DNA of 64,000 bases from Takakia lepidozioides (lineage: Eukaryota > Plantae > Bryophyta). Below the pieces are notes generated by a model that did no database searches, was not told where the DNA came from, and was given only the letters and a program-made list of their open reading frames with translations. Below are positions 11,809-23,348 of the stretch, piece after piece. Where the stretch lies: the NCBI GenBank assembly GCA_030704615.1, contig CM060733.1, positions 34,100,001 to 34,164,000 on the forward strand, written 5' to 3'. Made by a program: the position numbers and the translations under genes. Position 1 is the first letter of the stretch; each line of letters begins with the position of its first letter.

Positions 11809-14800
11809 TGATACACTAGCTGTAGGTCATGACTGATTGTTCTGCGCGCGGCTGAGTACTTAGAGATTTCCAACTCTTCTATCTTGGAGTTTCCGCCTCG
11901 GATAGCGAAGGGATGGGTGAGTAAAAGCCGCGCGACAGCTGGTCATCAACCCAAAAGAGAGAATCACCATAGAAGAAACACTGGTGGCTTGTTGCTGGTC
12001 ATCACTGCCAAGCCTCATGCACCGACAGCATACTCTAGGATTGAACTGGTGATCAATCCGGCTAATCCCTATGAAAGCAGCGCCCCACCTAAACCACATG
12101 GCGCATGTCAAGCATGCAGGTGTTGGGGGGATCCAACACAAGAATCAAAACATCAACACCCGCGCACCCAAATCCAGCTGCAATGCTGATCCTGCAAATT
12201 AGCCCAGCCCAAAACCCCGGACTGACTGCCTCCACCAATAGAGGCTTGGCACTACAAGTCAATGTAATGAAAATAGTACAGAGATGGTGAGTGTAAGAAT
12301 AGAACCGCGACCAAGCAAGATCTAATCCTGATCTATGCTATCAACTGGCCAGACCTTCTCTCAAAGTGCCTCGCTCTGCATGAATAGTCCGGTGTAGGAG
12401 GTATATTTATGTCCAGAAACCTGCCACTACCTTGTCCAAGCTACAGTACTCGCTCTAACCAACCCTCCTCCTCTTTCTGCCAGGTAGAGACAAAGCAATA
12501 CTCCCCTTCTCTCCCGCTCACTGAACACTAAAGAAAACAAAGGTAGGGTCTGATAGTCTCTCAACTCGAAAGCTTTGAGACGGTTGCGGGTGTCCTCATT
12601 GCGAATGACTGCATCTCCTTCACGCACAACAAACATGTCATTGCTGATGAACCCCCGCTCGTGGTTGCCCTGTGTAGAGCGTATCCGGCTGCAACCATGT
12701 CTGACTGCACAAACCTGTGTAGCTCCTGCTCCTCTGCTCCAGTACACCACGGCCTTGTGGCTAAACACCTTGGTCCCCGGGGCTGTCTTTGGCTGTGTTC
12801 CAAGCCTAGCTTTCACCCACTTTGGTATTTCACCTACAGTTGCAGAACTGCTGGCTCCAACAGAGTTCTGACTGTCCAAGGCGATATTGAGGCCCTCAAT
12901 GCCAACTACAGCAGTCTGTTGTCTACTGCTAATGCCTGACTCCCAGTATGCAATCAACTCGTCCAACTGTTCTCCACTCAAATCAGTCTGAGTTCCTTGG
13001 GAAACATAAATTTTGTCCCCTTGTGTGCACAGACTAAGAGAAGAGACCTGCCCTTCAATTACGTCCTCATTTCCCCCAGCCATGCAAGGAGTACATCCAC
13101 CAATTTGTCTCTCATATAGACCAACACAGGTTCTAGAAACAGAATTGTGGATCTTTCATGGCACACTCAACACTCTAAAAATTCCATAGATTTTTAGCAG
13201 AGTCCCCAAACAGAAACCAGGTTTAGATAGGTAGATTTCCCCTTTCTGCAGCTGTCCCCCCAAAAACTGGGTCAAACAGAGTCCTTTTGACAAAGATATG
13301 ATGAATTTGGCTCCAAATCATTCAAATTAGATTTAAAAAAAAGGTTTTTTTTTTTTTTTTTTAAAGGTTTTCAAGTTTAAAAATTCAAAGTTACACCCAA
13401 AATATCTGGTAACTGGTTCCCGTTCCCTAAGTTCTATATGGCATCCTAGGTTCCCTGGCCACGTGCTTGCTGTTCCCCTCCATTTCATTTGAGTTCAACA
13501 GCTCACCATGCTTTGGAATCCCAACCGTCTTCTACCACAAACCGTGGTGACGATGGAGGTCGTGAAGCGATTCTTCACAACAAGATTGACCGTGGATATT
13601 GGAGAGGTGGTCTGCCTGGGATCACCATGAAATTGCACAGATCGGGAATATCTGTCTTCATCAGCACTATAGTGCCAGGGCACATAAACCAGATTGTAGG
13701 AACAGCCAGAGGAAATGCAGGTTATGCCAGCGTCATCCAGACCATCCCTGCATCTTGGATATGAATCCTCCAGCAGGGGCCGTTGCCTCCATTGCCCGAC
13801 ACTTGGGTTACATGCTCAGCCAGACCTTCAAAAATCTGGCCCAAAATTCACTGGCTGCTCGGACACTGGCATGACCAAACCTCTTTAACTCCAATCAGCC
13901 TGCTACTGAATTACGATCCCCACCACCAAGCAAAATCTATCCCAATGCCCAGTTGAGCTGCCAGTCTCGCATTCACTTTCCCCACCAAGGCAGCTGCAGT
14001 ACACTGACTGTCTTAGCTCCCTCCATGACAACCTCCCGCATTTGGGCAAGTTCAGCTTCAAGGACCTCCCAGCGACTTAGCAGCTGCTTCAGGTCATGGT
14101 CCTAGCTAGCGCATGCTGGGCTGCAACCAGTTGCAGGTCCTTATCATGTAGAAACCCCTTCACTGCTCTCTTTCCATCTCCTGACGCCATGCTCCATCCT
14201 CCAGCCACTTCACTTGTTTCAGGCACCCAGGTCCCTATGGGCAGGTCACATGCTCCTGTGCCAGCCAGAACAGTGACATTCGACCCCTTCGTCTTCAGGA
14301 ACAAGCTGGTAGCTTCCTTGATGTCATCAGTTCCTAGACACTTAAACGGCAGTATGGTCGCCACCTCTGATTGAGGCAGTAGTGGTGACGAAAGGAGAAG
14401 GGAACACAGGGAAAAAGCGAGGAAAAATAAAGGCGGAGAACTGCTCATGTCAAAAGGTCAAAGCCAAAGAGGTCGAAACATTGTGCGAAGGGGGACTGTG
14501 TTTCTGCTGCCCTCTCCCACTTCAGCGCAACATTCAGCGTCCAGAGAGTGAAGTCCCTCTTTAAGGTAGACCTCCACGGTAAAGAAGATGAAATGCCCGC
14601 CACTTTCTATCAGCTTTCTGTCTTCGCATATGACTCCTATCCCAAAGTGCAGGCCTGTCGTGCGGACCTCAATCCAGACCAGCTTCCATTCGATCCACTC
14701 GCTTCCACCACATAGCTGAAGTCATCCAGTTCGAGCTGCATATCAACAGCCTGAACGGGCTGTTCCCCTGCTGTAGAGATACTCGAGCGACCAAGAGCCG

Positions 14801-15118
14801 CCACCATCAACCAGACCCTTGCCGCCACAGCCGCTGGCTCTACCTGGACTCCCATTCACTGCTGCCCCATTCGCTGCTCCCATTCACCGCAGCGGGCTCT
14901 ATGGGGCCTTGACATCACACCACCAGCTGCCATCGACATATCCTCCGCAGACGGCGACGCCCTTACAGTGGAAGCACACCTCGCCAATGCCAACAGAAAT
15001 ATGGGCAGACCACCATTACTCTCTCTTCTACCACACCATTGCAACTGAAGATGTAAGACGAACTCAAGCTAGAGCCGTTCTATGCTCATTGCTTGAGCTG
15101 CGTACAAGACCATGACCA
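11809..15118 (-). mobile_element. Degraded retroelement-like remnant (LTR-like end plus decayed unknown ORFs)
   Basis: TGATAC terminus at 11809, a TGATA...TATCA pair at 11809/12343, minus-strand TATA-like ATAAATATA at ~12400, 218-aa ORF 12427..13083 and stop-riddled frames at 13500-14450. No recognisable domain. Confidence 0.35.
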
Positions 15119-15380
15119 TCTATATTATAATAGTGCTTAAAAAAAACAAAAACATCATATCTAGCTTAGCACTGGAAAACTAGATAGAGGTCATCTTTCT
15201 CGAGTGATAACCAAACTAGAAAAAGGACACACACTCTCAACACAAGAAATATGCAATCCCTCAACATCACTCTTTAAGATAATAGTCGAGCCAGGGGCAC
15301 CCCAAGCTATGGGGACTCCACCCACAACAACCTACACTCCCATCATAAGCACACTCAGATCTGAAGAATGCAGGAGCTCG

Positions 15381-15506
15381 GTCGCGCAGGCTCAACTCGA
15401 GAAAGATGAGCCGCGCGACTGCCGCTCTCGTGAAGATAAGACGGACCAGGTGTCAAACTAAACTTGACACCTGATTTAACACTTGCCCTAAATCCAAGTG
15501 TTAAAT
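15381..15506. other. Cluster of three DNA hairpins
   Basis: GTCGCGCAGGCTC...GAGCCGCGCGAC (imperfect); CAGGTGTCAA-7nt-TTGACACCTG (15447-15473); ATTTAACACTTG-9nt-CAAGTGTTAAAT (15474-15506). Confidence 0.8.
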
Positions 15507-15735
15507 ACAAATAACTAGTTTTATGCTAGCTGTTTTCACACTGTGCTTATTTAACTTGACAACTCAAACAGTGAGGAGGCAGGTGGACTTAACAATAAGG
15601 GCCAGCCCAACTGATCCGGTCAAACAAACAACCTCCATTGCCCAGCCGACGTTGCGAGATGGAGGAAATGAGCCGGAGATGGTCGTTGCTCACTGCGAAG
15701 GAAAAGAGAGCGAGCAGCAACAACATCAAATTCGG

Positions 15736-15737
<2 letters not shown>

Positions 15738-15772
<35 letters not shown>
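15738..15772. repeat. Poly-C homopolymer (35 nt)
   Basis: Directly visible; G-quadruplex potential on the minus strand. Confidence 0.9.
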
Positions 15773-15773
<1 letters not shown>

Positions 15774-15872
15774 AAACGGGTATACACCTCATAACCATCT
15801 TAGCTATGTTCTTCTCTGTCCTTCTTCTAGTTTTAAAAATAAATTAATTGTTCTGTTATTCCACAGGATGAC

Positions 15873-18257
15873 ATGATTCACCCTCCAATCGACTATCACA
15901 AATATGTGAACCCACAGGATTGGTATCGCCTCTCTGAGGGACCGAAAGGATCTCGACCAGGATACTACGTCCTGGTTCTTGACGTCGGTTACCTTGGTGA
16001 GGTTTACCTCCGAGATGGCCTGACATCCCCTCCCGCAACCCATCCTTGTGTGTGCGCTGGAAAATTCAAGCTTGCAGTCCGAAATGGGTTGGACGACTTC
16101 CTGAAATGGGTCCTTAAGCATTTTGAGGTCTACTTTTGGAACACTGGACCGTTAGAAAATGTCCTGGATATAGGGCTGGCTTTGTTTGGAAGAAGGTTTT
16201 ACAAGGTCAGGGAATTCAGCAATGAGAACTGCGTGAAGCATAGACAGACGTCCAGTGCCGAATGGCCCAAATATCCGAAAGCGCCAATATATCTTAAACG
16301 TCTCTACGACCTTTTCACTGTACACGACCTTGTAGCGTACAAATCAAACACACTTCTTATTGACACTGTAGAAAATATGTATAAGTCGTACTTGAACCCA
16401 AAGTCGCTCGGTATCTTCCTTCCAAAATATAAAGCGCTCGTCGACCCATACAAGGATAGGTTTCTTCTGGATGAACTCAAACCGCACCTGGAAAAGTTGG
16501 GGTTATCCGGAAAAGACACTGATATATTCAACGTGGAAAAACCCATAGGATGTCCACCGTATAATGACCCAAAGGTCAAATGCCTCTTGCTATGGGATTT
16601 GCAGTGGCAGGTTTATCTTAGAAAACAAAAATTTCCTGACGCTTCATTGGAACAGTTTGAAACGTGGATGGCTGCTCTAGATTTTCATGAACCTCGACTG
16701 TTCAGTGGACATTGCTCCCAATGTCAATCTTGTCCTTGGTTTATCTTGATTACCACTTGAGTGGATGTATGAATTTCTCACAGATTGCAGCACCAGTTTC
16801 TCCAGTTGCGAAAGGATTGCGCTTGATAATTTTTTACCTGAATGGAGTTTTGTGCAAAGTCTTGAAGCACCAGAAGAGCTACAGTGTCCCCCGAATGTCC
16901 GAGATAGACTACAAGATACCAGCTTTTGTTGGGTTTTGACTTGTCTATAGGCGGGAAAAATATTGTGAGATGTGGACAGAGTTGAACAAACATTTCCGTC
17001 TAGGTATATGGAGCTGCATCATGTACAAGAACTTGCAGCCTATCCTAGACTTTATGCTTCGGGGTCTTCCTCAGCCGACATTCGTTATTTCTCAGGAAGA
17101 TTGTATCTCCTGTCCTACTTCTGTCCACCCTCAATTTATATCAGGATACGACCCGCCGAGTCTATTCTTGAAGCCATTGATGACGGTTTGGCAAAGATTT
17201 GGTGGTTAGTACAACCTGAGTAACACTCTACTTATTGACGATTCAAGTGTGTGTTGAACCCGCCTGAATCATGCCTGATTCTAAAATCGTTTGAATCCGT
17301 TGAGACAGACTCTTGCTATCTCCATAAGGTTCTTCAGAAATATTTGCTTGAAATGAAGAAATCTCACACCGTTTCCAGTTATCTCAAGGAAAAGATGATA
17401 GGACTTAAGCCTTGACAGAATGTTTCCACCGATCCCAAGTTTAAGCCTCTCCTGGATTATGTTGATGATTCTAATTACGGGAATCTCCGATATGATGCTT
17501 CAAAATAAAGATTTTATTGATCAACCACGTATGTGATTCAATGTTTATTTTTGATTGGTTTTTTTATAGGTTGTATTGTTTTTCTAGAAAAACTGTTGTG
17601 TACTGTTATTTCCTTTTCAATCTGAATTGACATGGAATTGTTTGCTATTTCTTAGTCTCATCCATGCGTTTCTCTACCCCATACCATCCCGATCCTCTGA
17701 GATACAGGCCTTCTCCGAAACTCGTCTCGGGGGGTTTTTCAAATCCGACAACCTCCACTATGCAGTGGAGGTTATCCCGTGTCTGTACATTGACCTTGTA
17801 AGTTCGTTTCTGCATGTTCATGGCGATGCTACTGATGCCAACTTCTTGTCGGGACCTCCATTGGAATCCTCTATATCAGAAATTCGTCTACAGATGGACA
17901 ACATTTACTGTTGAGATTTCTGTCATCGACGGTGAAGCATCATCCAGGCACTTGGTTTCCCTTCAATTGCACGACCCTTTTCTTCGGTCCATTCCTGAAA
18001 AGGATGTTCTGTCGCAGGATTGTTTAGGATTGAATGTCGAAGATGGAAGCCAACTTAACAAATGTGCAGGGGATTTCGTGGACCTCATTCTACAATCCTC
18101 ACCCTCCGTGTTAAGTGTCAATGGTGTGAAATCTACATCGAGAATATCATCCGTTGAGGACGCGGCTGCGGCTGCGGCTCCACAACACAATGTTGCCTCT
18201 CTTCCCTCTTTCTCTCCCCAGCACGAAGGTTGGACAGCCCAAATCAGAATGAGTCAG
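15873..18257 (+). pseudogene. 5' part of a multi-exon gene with FCP1/NIF-like (HAD) domains 1 and 2
   Basis: Domain 1: LVLDVG...VRNGLDDFLKWVLKHFEVYFWN...YLKRL...NTLLID...NP. Domain 2 (with stops): LIIFYLNGVL...HFRLGIWS...SQEDC...FLKPL...NTLLIDDS...NP. Exon ends at donor CAG|GTAAAA at ~18257. Confidence 0.75.
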
Positions 18258-18898
18258 GTAAAATTACTTACAACGACGCAATGGCGTGAGCGTTGCGCGT
18301 GAGCGCGCGAGCGCGCGAGCGTACGCTCAAGCAAGAGTGACGTGGCGTGAGCCTGCACACATGCTAACGTGGCGTGAGCGTCATGTCAGCATGCTGATGT
18401 GGCGGTAAATGATGACGTGGCACTGTCCGTTATCTGCCACATCAGCATTAACATGCGCCGCCTATAACCGTGGATGGTCCTATGACCGTGGAATTAATGC
18501 AGGGAATCTTGCCTAAATAGAATCAAGATGAGCGTTGAGGCCTACAATTGCAGCATCCAACATTGTGCAATTACAAATGCTTGTTTCACTTTTAGAATTA
18601 CGAGGACGAAAAAATATTCTCACAAAGTGTGCGCCATAAAGGCTGCCACGGGAAGACCTTCCTCCCTCCTCAAATAACAATGAGAGTTAGGATCATCTTC
18701 AAAAGATGATTGTAGTGCATAGCGACAGCAAGACATGTAGACTTCGAACGGTGCAATGACAAATGTGCACTACCTAAAAGTTGTCACTCGGAGCTCACTC
18801 CGTATAGTTGGAAGCCATATCATTGCACCGTCGACGAATTGATGCGAATTACACATTTCAAATCATGGTCGTCCACATACCACATTGCATAGTTGATG

Positions 18899-21800
18899 CT
18901 ACCCATGTGTTGTATCCCGCTGCAAAAGAGTATCGACCTCGTTGAAACTCATAGTGGCCTGGTGAATGAAGTTGTCACGTTTGGGATCGCAAACCATCCT
19001 CTTCAAAATATATGAAATACAAATGTTTGCAGGGTATGAATTTACCTCTCTTGCCCAAACTGGTTGATAGCATATTCACAAAATCAGGACATGTGCAATT
19101 GGGGAAATTGGAAACCGTGATGTCGTAGGTCCTGTCATGAACAGCAGATGTGGAAGTGATGATTGTGAATACCCGACCATATCCTGGATCGGGTACTTCC
19201 GTGGTGCTTCCAACACGAGCTTGGAGCATTCTTGCGGACTCCACTTTGCCAAAGTGTTCAGCGGTTGGAGGGAAACGCCGAACGAGCTTTCCATCTCGTT
19301 TGGTTGGCCACAAGTCAGGATTTGCCGGGGGGACCCGGGAGGACGCAGAAGTAGTAGCACATGCATGGAGTTGGGATTGTCTTGCAAGGGAAAAACCTGC
19401 CTCCTCCAACATTTCAATCTCCTGAAAGCTGAGATGTGTTCCCACCTTCACGGGCCAAATGGTTGAGGAGATGGCTTCATCACTACGGAAGGACGCACAG
19501 TTCCATGCACACATCTGGCACAATCATCTGCGCAGAACCAGAACTTGTGGTTCTTGGCTTCTGGTTGACCGTATGGACGCATCAAGCCCGTGAAAGTCGG
19601 AGCAGGAGTTCAGGCACCACCTCTGGATATAGATGAAGTGCACTTCTCGAAATTAGTTGCCCTGATCGCTGTACATTTCACACAAGACCCTACACTTGTG
19701 CGTTCTATGTGCCAAACGTGGTCGGGGCATGCGGACTCAAGCACATCAAGGGGGTTGTTTCTCTCCTGCACCATTTCAGTGGCACTGTTTGATGCTGGAG
19801 CTTGCCGTCGTGTTGGAGGTTCCTCCACAATGGAGGTTCCGGACATGGAGCTGTCATGCAGGGGAACACGAGGCTTCGAGAAGTTATCACGGTCTGCCCT
19901 GTGGGAATCTGAATCCGAACCAGGTGGAGTGTTCAATTTCCTCTTACATGAGCCGAATCTCTCCTCCCCTTCAAGATGTGGAACTCTAGAAACAAGTGGC
20001 GTTCCCTGGGCATACATGCTCACCGCCCGTGCTATCTTGATTGGATCCCCAGATCTGTTTGCAGCACGCAACATCAACTCCCATTTGTCCGGACCCTTGC
20101 CACCAACCCTACCTCGTAAGAAATCACGGTATCGGGTTTGTTGTTGCAAGGCACGTATCAAATCATCTGTTGTTGCCACATACAAATCCCAACCTCGTTT
20201 CCCAGACTGCTGCAACCATGCGTTGTGCACAGTTTCTGCCAAATTGCAAGATGACATGTCCGCCATTTCCTCAATGGACATGTTCTGCAAAGTGCAGAAC
20301 CACACTTCAAGACAGTGAACAGAAAACAACATAAAGAAAGCGAGGACACAATAAAATGGAAAGCAAATGTATGAATAAAGCAATAAATATAAGCCTCGTA
20401 CCAATGACATGGCTGCTCCCCACTGTCTATACCGGAAGTGCCAAAACGCCAGCCAATCTTCCAATGCTCTCATACTCTCAAGTGATGCAGCTCCAGAAGA
20501 GAACCACCAGGCACGAATTGTCTGGAACAAAGTGTCCGCCTCCTTCATTGTTCTAGCATCTTTGTACTCTTTGCACAATTTACGGTGCTGAGTCTGCATC
20601 TCTGGTTTGATGTCCGACTTTGTATGTTTTTCCAGAGATTGTGTCCAATAGAATAGACATGTACGCTCTCTTCCTGGCATAGGCACTTTTGGGTCGCCCG
20701 ATCCGAAGACAATACGAACAACATTGAAATTTGCTTGAGCACTATCCGCCATGAAACCTGCAAAATTTGGAGATGGCAGCCCATGGCAGCCCATGACACG
20801 TATCAGGGAATTCCACATGAGCTTCTAGGATTCCGTATCCTCGGATTGCATGTCACAAACTGCAATTGTCATAATTCGTTGGTACACTGGATCGTAGACA
20901 TGACAAGCCATTGTCGTCCAATCCTTCACTCGTTTCACATGATCAAACATAAGAAAACAGTTCTGCAAGTCCCCAGTCTTCTGCATCCGCTTCACGAGGC
21001 TAACCCCACTGCCCTCCCCAACAGTCGACATTTTGAAAAGAAAAACTTTGATGACACCTTGACCTGGGAATACATTGTCCTGGATGTAATCGTACTTGCT
21101 CACTCGTTTCAATTCCAAAATGTTGTTTATGTAGCCTCTGATGCCGAATGTTAGGTGAACTTAAAGTGGAGAAATGATCCATGACCAAGTCCAATGCTGC
21201 ACCGTCAAGTTTAGTCCCCACAGAATCCCCTTCACTCAAAATATGGCTTTCCAAGAAGGACTTGCTTGCGCCAAGAGCAATTGCAGATGTTGTTGCGGAT
21301 GGGTTTATCCCGAACTCCTGTTTAATCAACCTCGATACTGTCTCAACACTCTCCCTGTAATCCCCTTTCGAGACAGGATGGTTATGGAATCCAAAATGCA
21401 CACAAGCTCTTGTCATTGTTTTCAAACGGTGGACAACATAGTACATTCTTGCTCCGCAGAGCGCCAAGCAGGATGGCACAAGTTTGCAGAATTTGCAGAC
21501 GAAAGTGTTTGCCGGTGGAGGGGCAGTCCCAGGCTGAAATGGATTTTCCGCCAGACCCTCCTATTCGCTTTGATTATGAACCCCAGACTGAAGAAAGTGT
21601 CTGCAATTCAAATTATCACACCTAAGGTGTCCATTGCAAACTGTCCTCCTGAAAACAAGCTTGTCATCATTCTGAATATTTGATGTTTTTATTCTGCACC
21701 ATGGGTGCCCGTCGTGTTTCTTGTCCATTCCATGCATCATGATTGTTACACCTCCAACTCGCGGAGGAGGAGGCAGCTCGAATAGGATATCGCCATCAAG

Positions 21801-22455
21801 TCTGTTCTTTTTTCACCACAACCTCCCTCTTGTCTTCAACGACCGAAGCAGCAGTCCCGGGTGTCACATATGACCCAAGGGACTTTCGCTGAGGCTCTCC
21901 AAGTACTCTGTATCGACCAGGATGCACTCTCCACTGGCTGATATGAGCCGTCTCATCACGGTTTTGGAAAGAGTATTTCAACAACTTCCCTTTAAGATCG
22001 TACACCTCTTTCTCCAAAAAGATGGAGCCATTCTGCACCTGAAAACGGGTAGCCAAGACATGTTCCAGAACAATTGCAAATCCATTGTCAAGGACTTCCT
22101 GGGAGAACGGCACTGGTTTGTCGTCAGAGAAGAACTCCGCTTCAGAGGAAGTCATCTTCCTTCCTCGTGTACGTTTATACCTTGCTATCGCAGATCTAGT
22201 GTAAATCGGTTTACTGATGTCTCCAGAACACAGTTGAAGAATGAACAGAGAATATGGCGGAGGAAGCTCAGACAACGACTGTGCATATTATGTTATTCTT
22301 TCCAGATATGCAGCCGTCCATTTTAATTACTTTTCTTGTGGGCCCAGTGGTCAGAGTATCCCTAGGAGCAGTGTCGGCAACTGTTAAACCGTTAATCAGA
22401 ACCTCATCAATAAACCCAATAACAAAGCCGACTTCCTGGAAGCATGCCACAGGAT
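18899..22455 (-). pseudogene. MULE-type transposase: GCM/WRKY-like Zn finger, DDE core, SWIM finger
   Basis: N-terminal DGHPW...CNGHLRC...C...CKFC...CLALCGARMYY...HFGFHNHP. Core MFDH, FMADSA, CLFYW (CxxH position) and NLAETVHN. SWIM CTCPDF...PCKH. Intron at ~20300-20403; several stops and frameshifts. Confidence 0.85.
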
Positions 22456-22787
22456 CTGAGGATGGGATTGCAGATTAAGTAAATGTATCTTTATACTACT
22501 ACCAATGATCATGCGCACCTGGAAAGTTCCAAATGTGAAACGAATGTGGGGTTTGGCTAACAAGGATGACCGTGTATGATATTCCAAAATTTGTCATCAA
22601 ACTCTCGTTCATTTACATTTATTTGTGTAAGACTGTGCGCCAAGATTTCTGGGATTCGCTGTTATTTTTAAATATTGAAACCGTTCTAATAAAGAACACG
22701 CCGTTTATTTTGGGCGACACACGTCAGACATCCATAACTGAATACGAACAGCTGTACATCAATTGCTGGCATGTGCACTAAGAACAC

Positions 22788-23310
22788 TGAGGACCTCACA
22801 ACAACACTGTATGTGAATGACGTCAACGCCATTCACAAAAATACCAACAAGGAACCAATTACTTAGCTCCCAATCCATGTAAATTCAAATTGTCGCTGGT
22901 GAATAATACAGACACAGAAGTGAATGTCGTCAACAACATTCACTTTGGATTTCTCATAACAGAGCTTATCAAGCCTCCACATTCCTCGCAAAGGCAAAAA
23001 CAATGCAGAACAACTGAATGTCTGCATTGACATTCAGCAAAATGAAGTGAGGAACCCTCACTGTAACCTCTATGGACATTACAAAAATTTACATAACTAT
23101 GAGGACCTCTCAACAACTCCGGATGTGAATGTCGTCAACGCCATTCAAGGACATTATCAATTCTAATCATGGACACTATACTTACACCCTTAGATCCTAA
23201 CCAGGTGAATTCATATACTCGCTTAAGAATGACTCAGACAAAGAAGTGAATGTCGTCAACGACATTCAATCTGGATCTATGATTGCAATCCTTATGAAGC
23301 CTCATTTTTT
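22788..23310 (+). repeat. Two tandem copies of a ~200-bp module (period ~310 bp), each carrying two palindromes TGAATGTCGT-CA-ACGACATTCA
   Basis: Palindrome copies at 22812, 22918, 23126 and 23244; shared flanks gaggacc..., cagaca.agaag and at.aagcct. Confidence 0.85.
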
Positions 23311-23348
23311 CCCAAAAAAATAGTAGAGTTTCAAGTATGACATTGCAC

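Noticed and set aside
19590-21683. Plus-strand ORFs (242, 139 and 169 aa)
   Set aside because: Antisense shadows of the transposase.
22788-23310. CRISPR-like array of palindromic repeats
   Set aside because: Spacers are ~80-190 bp and alternate ones are homologous, there are no cas genes, and the context is eukaryotic.
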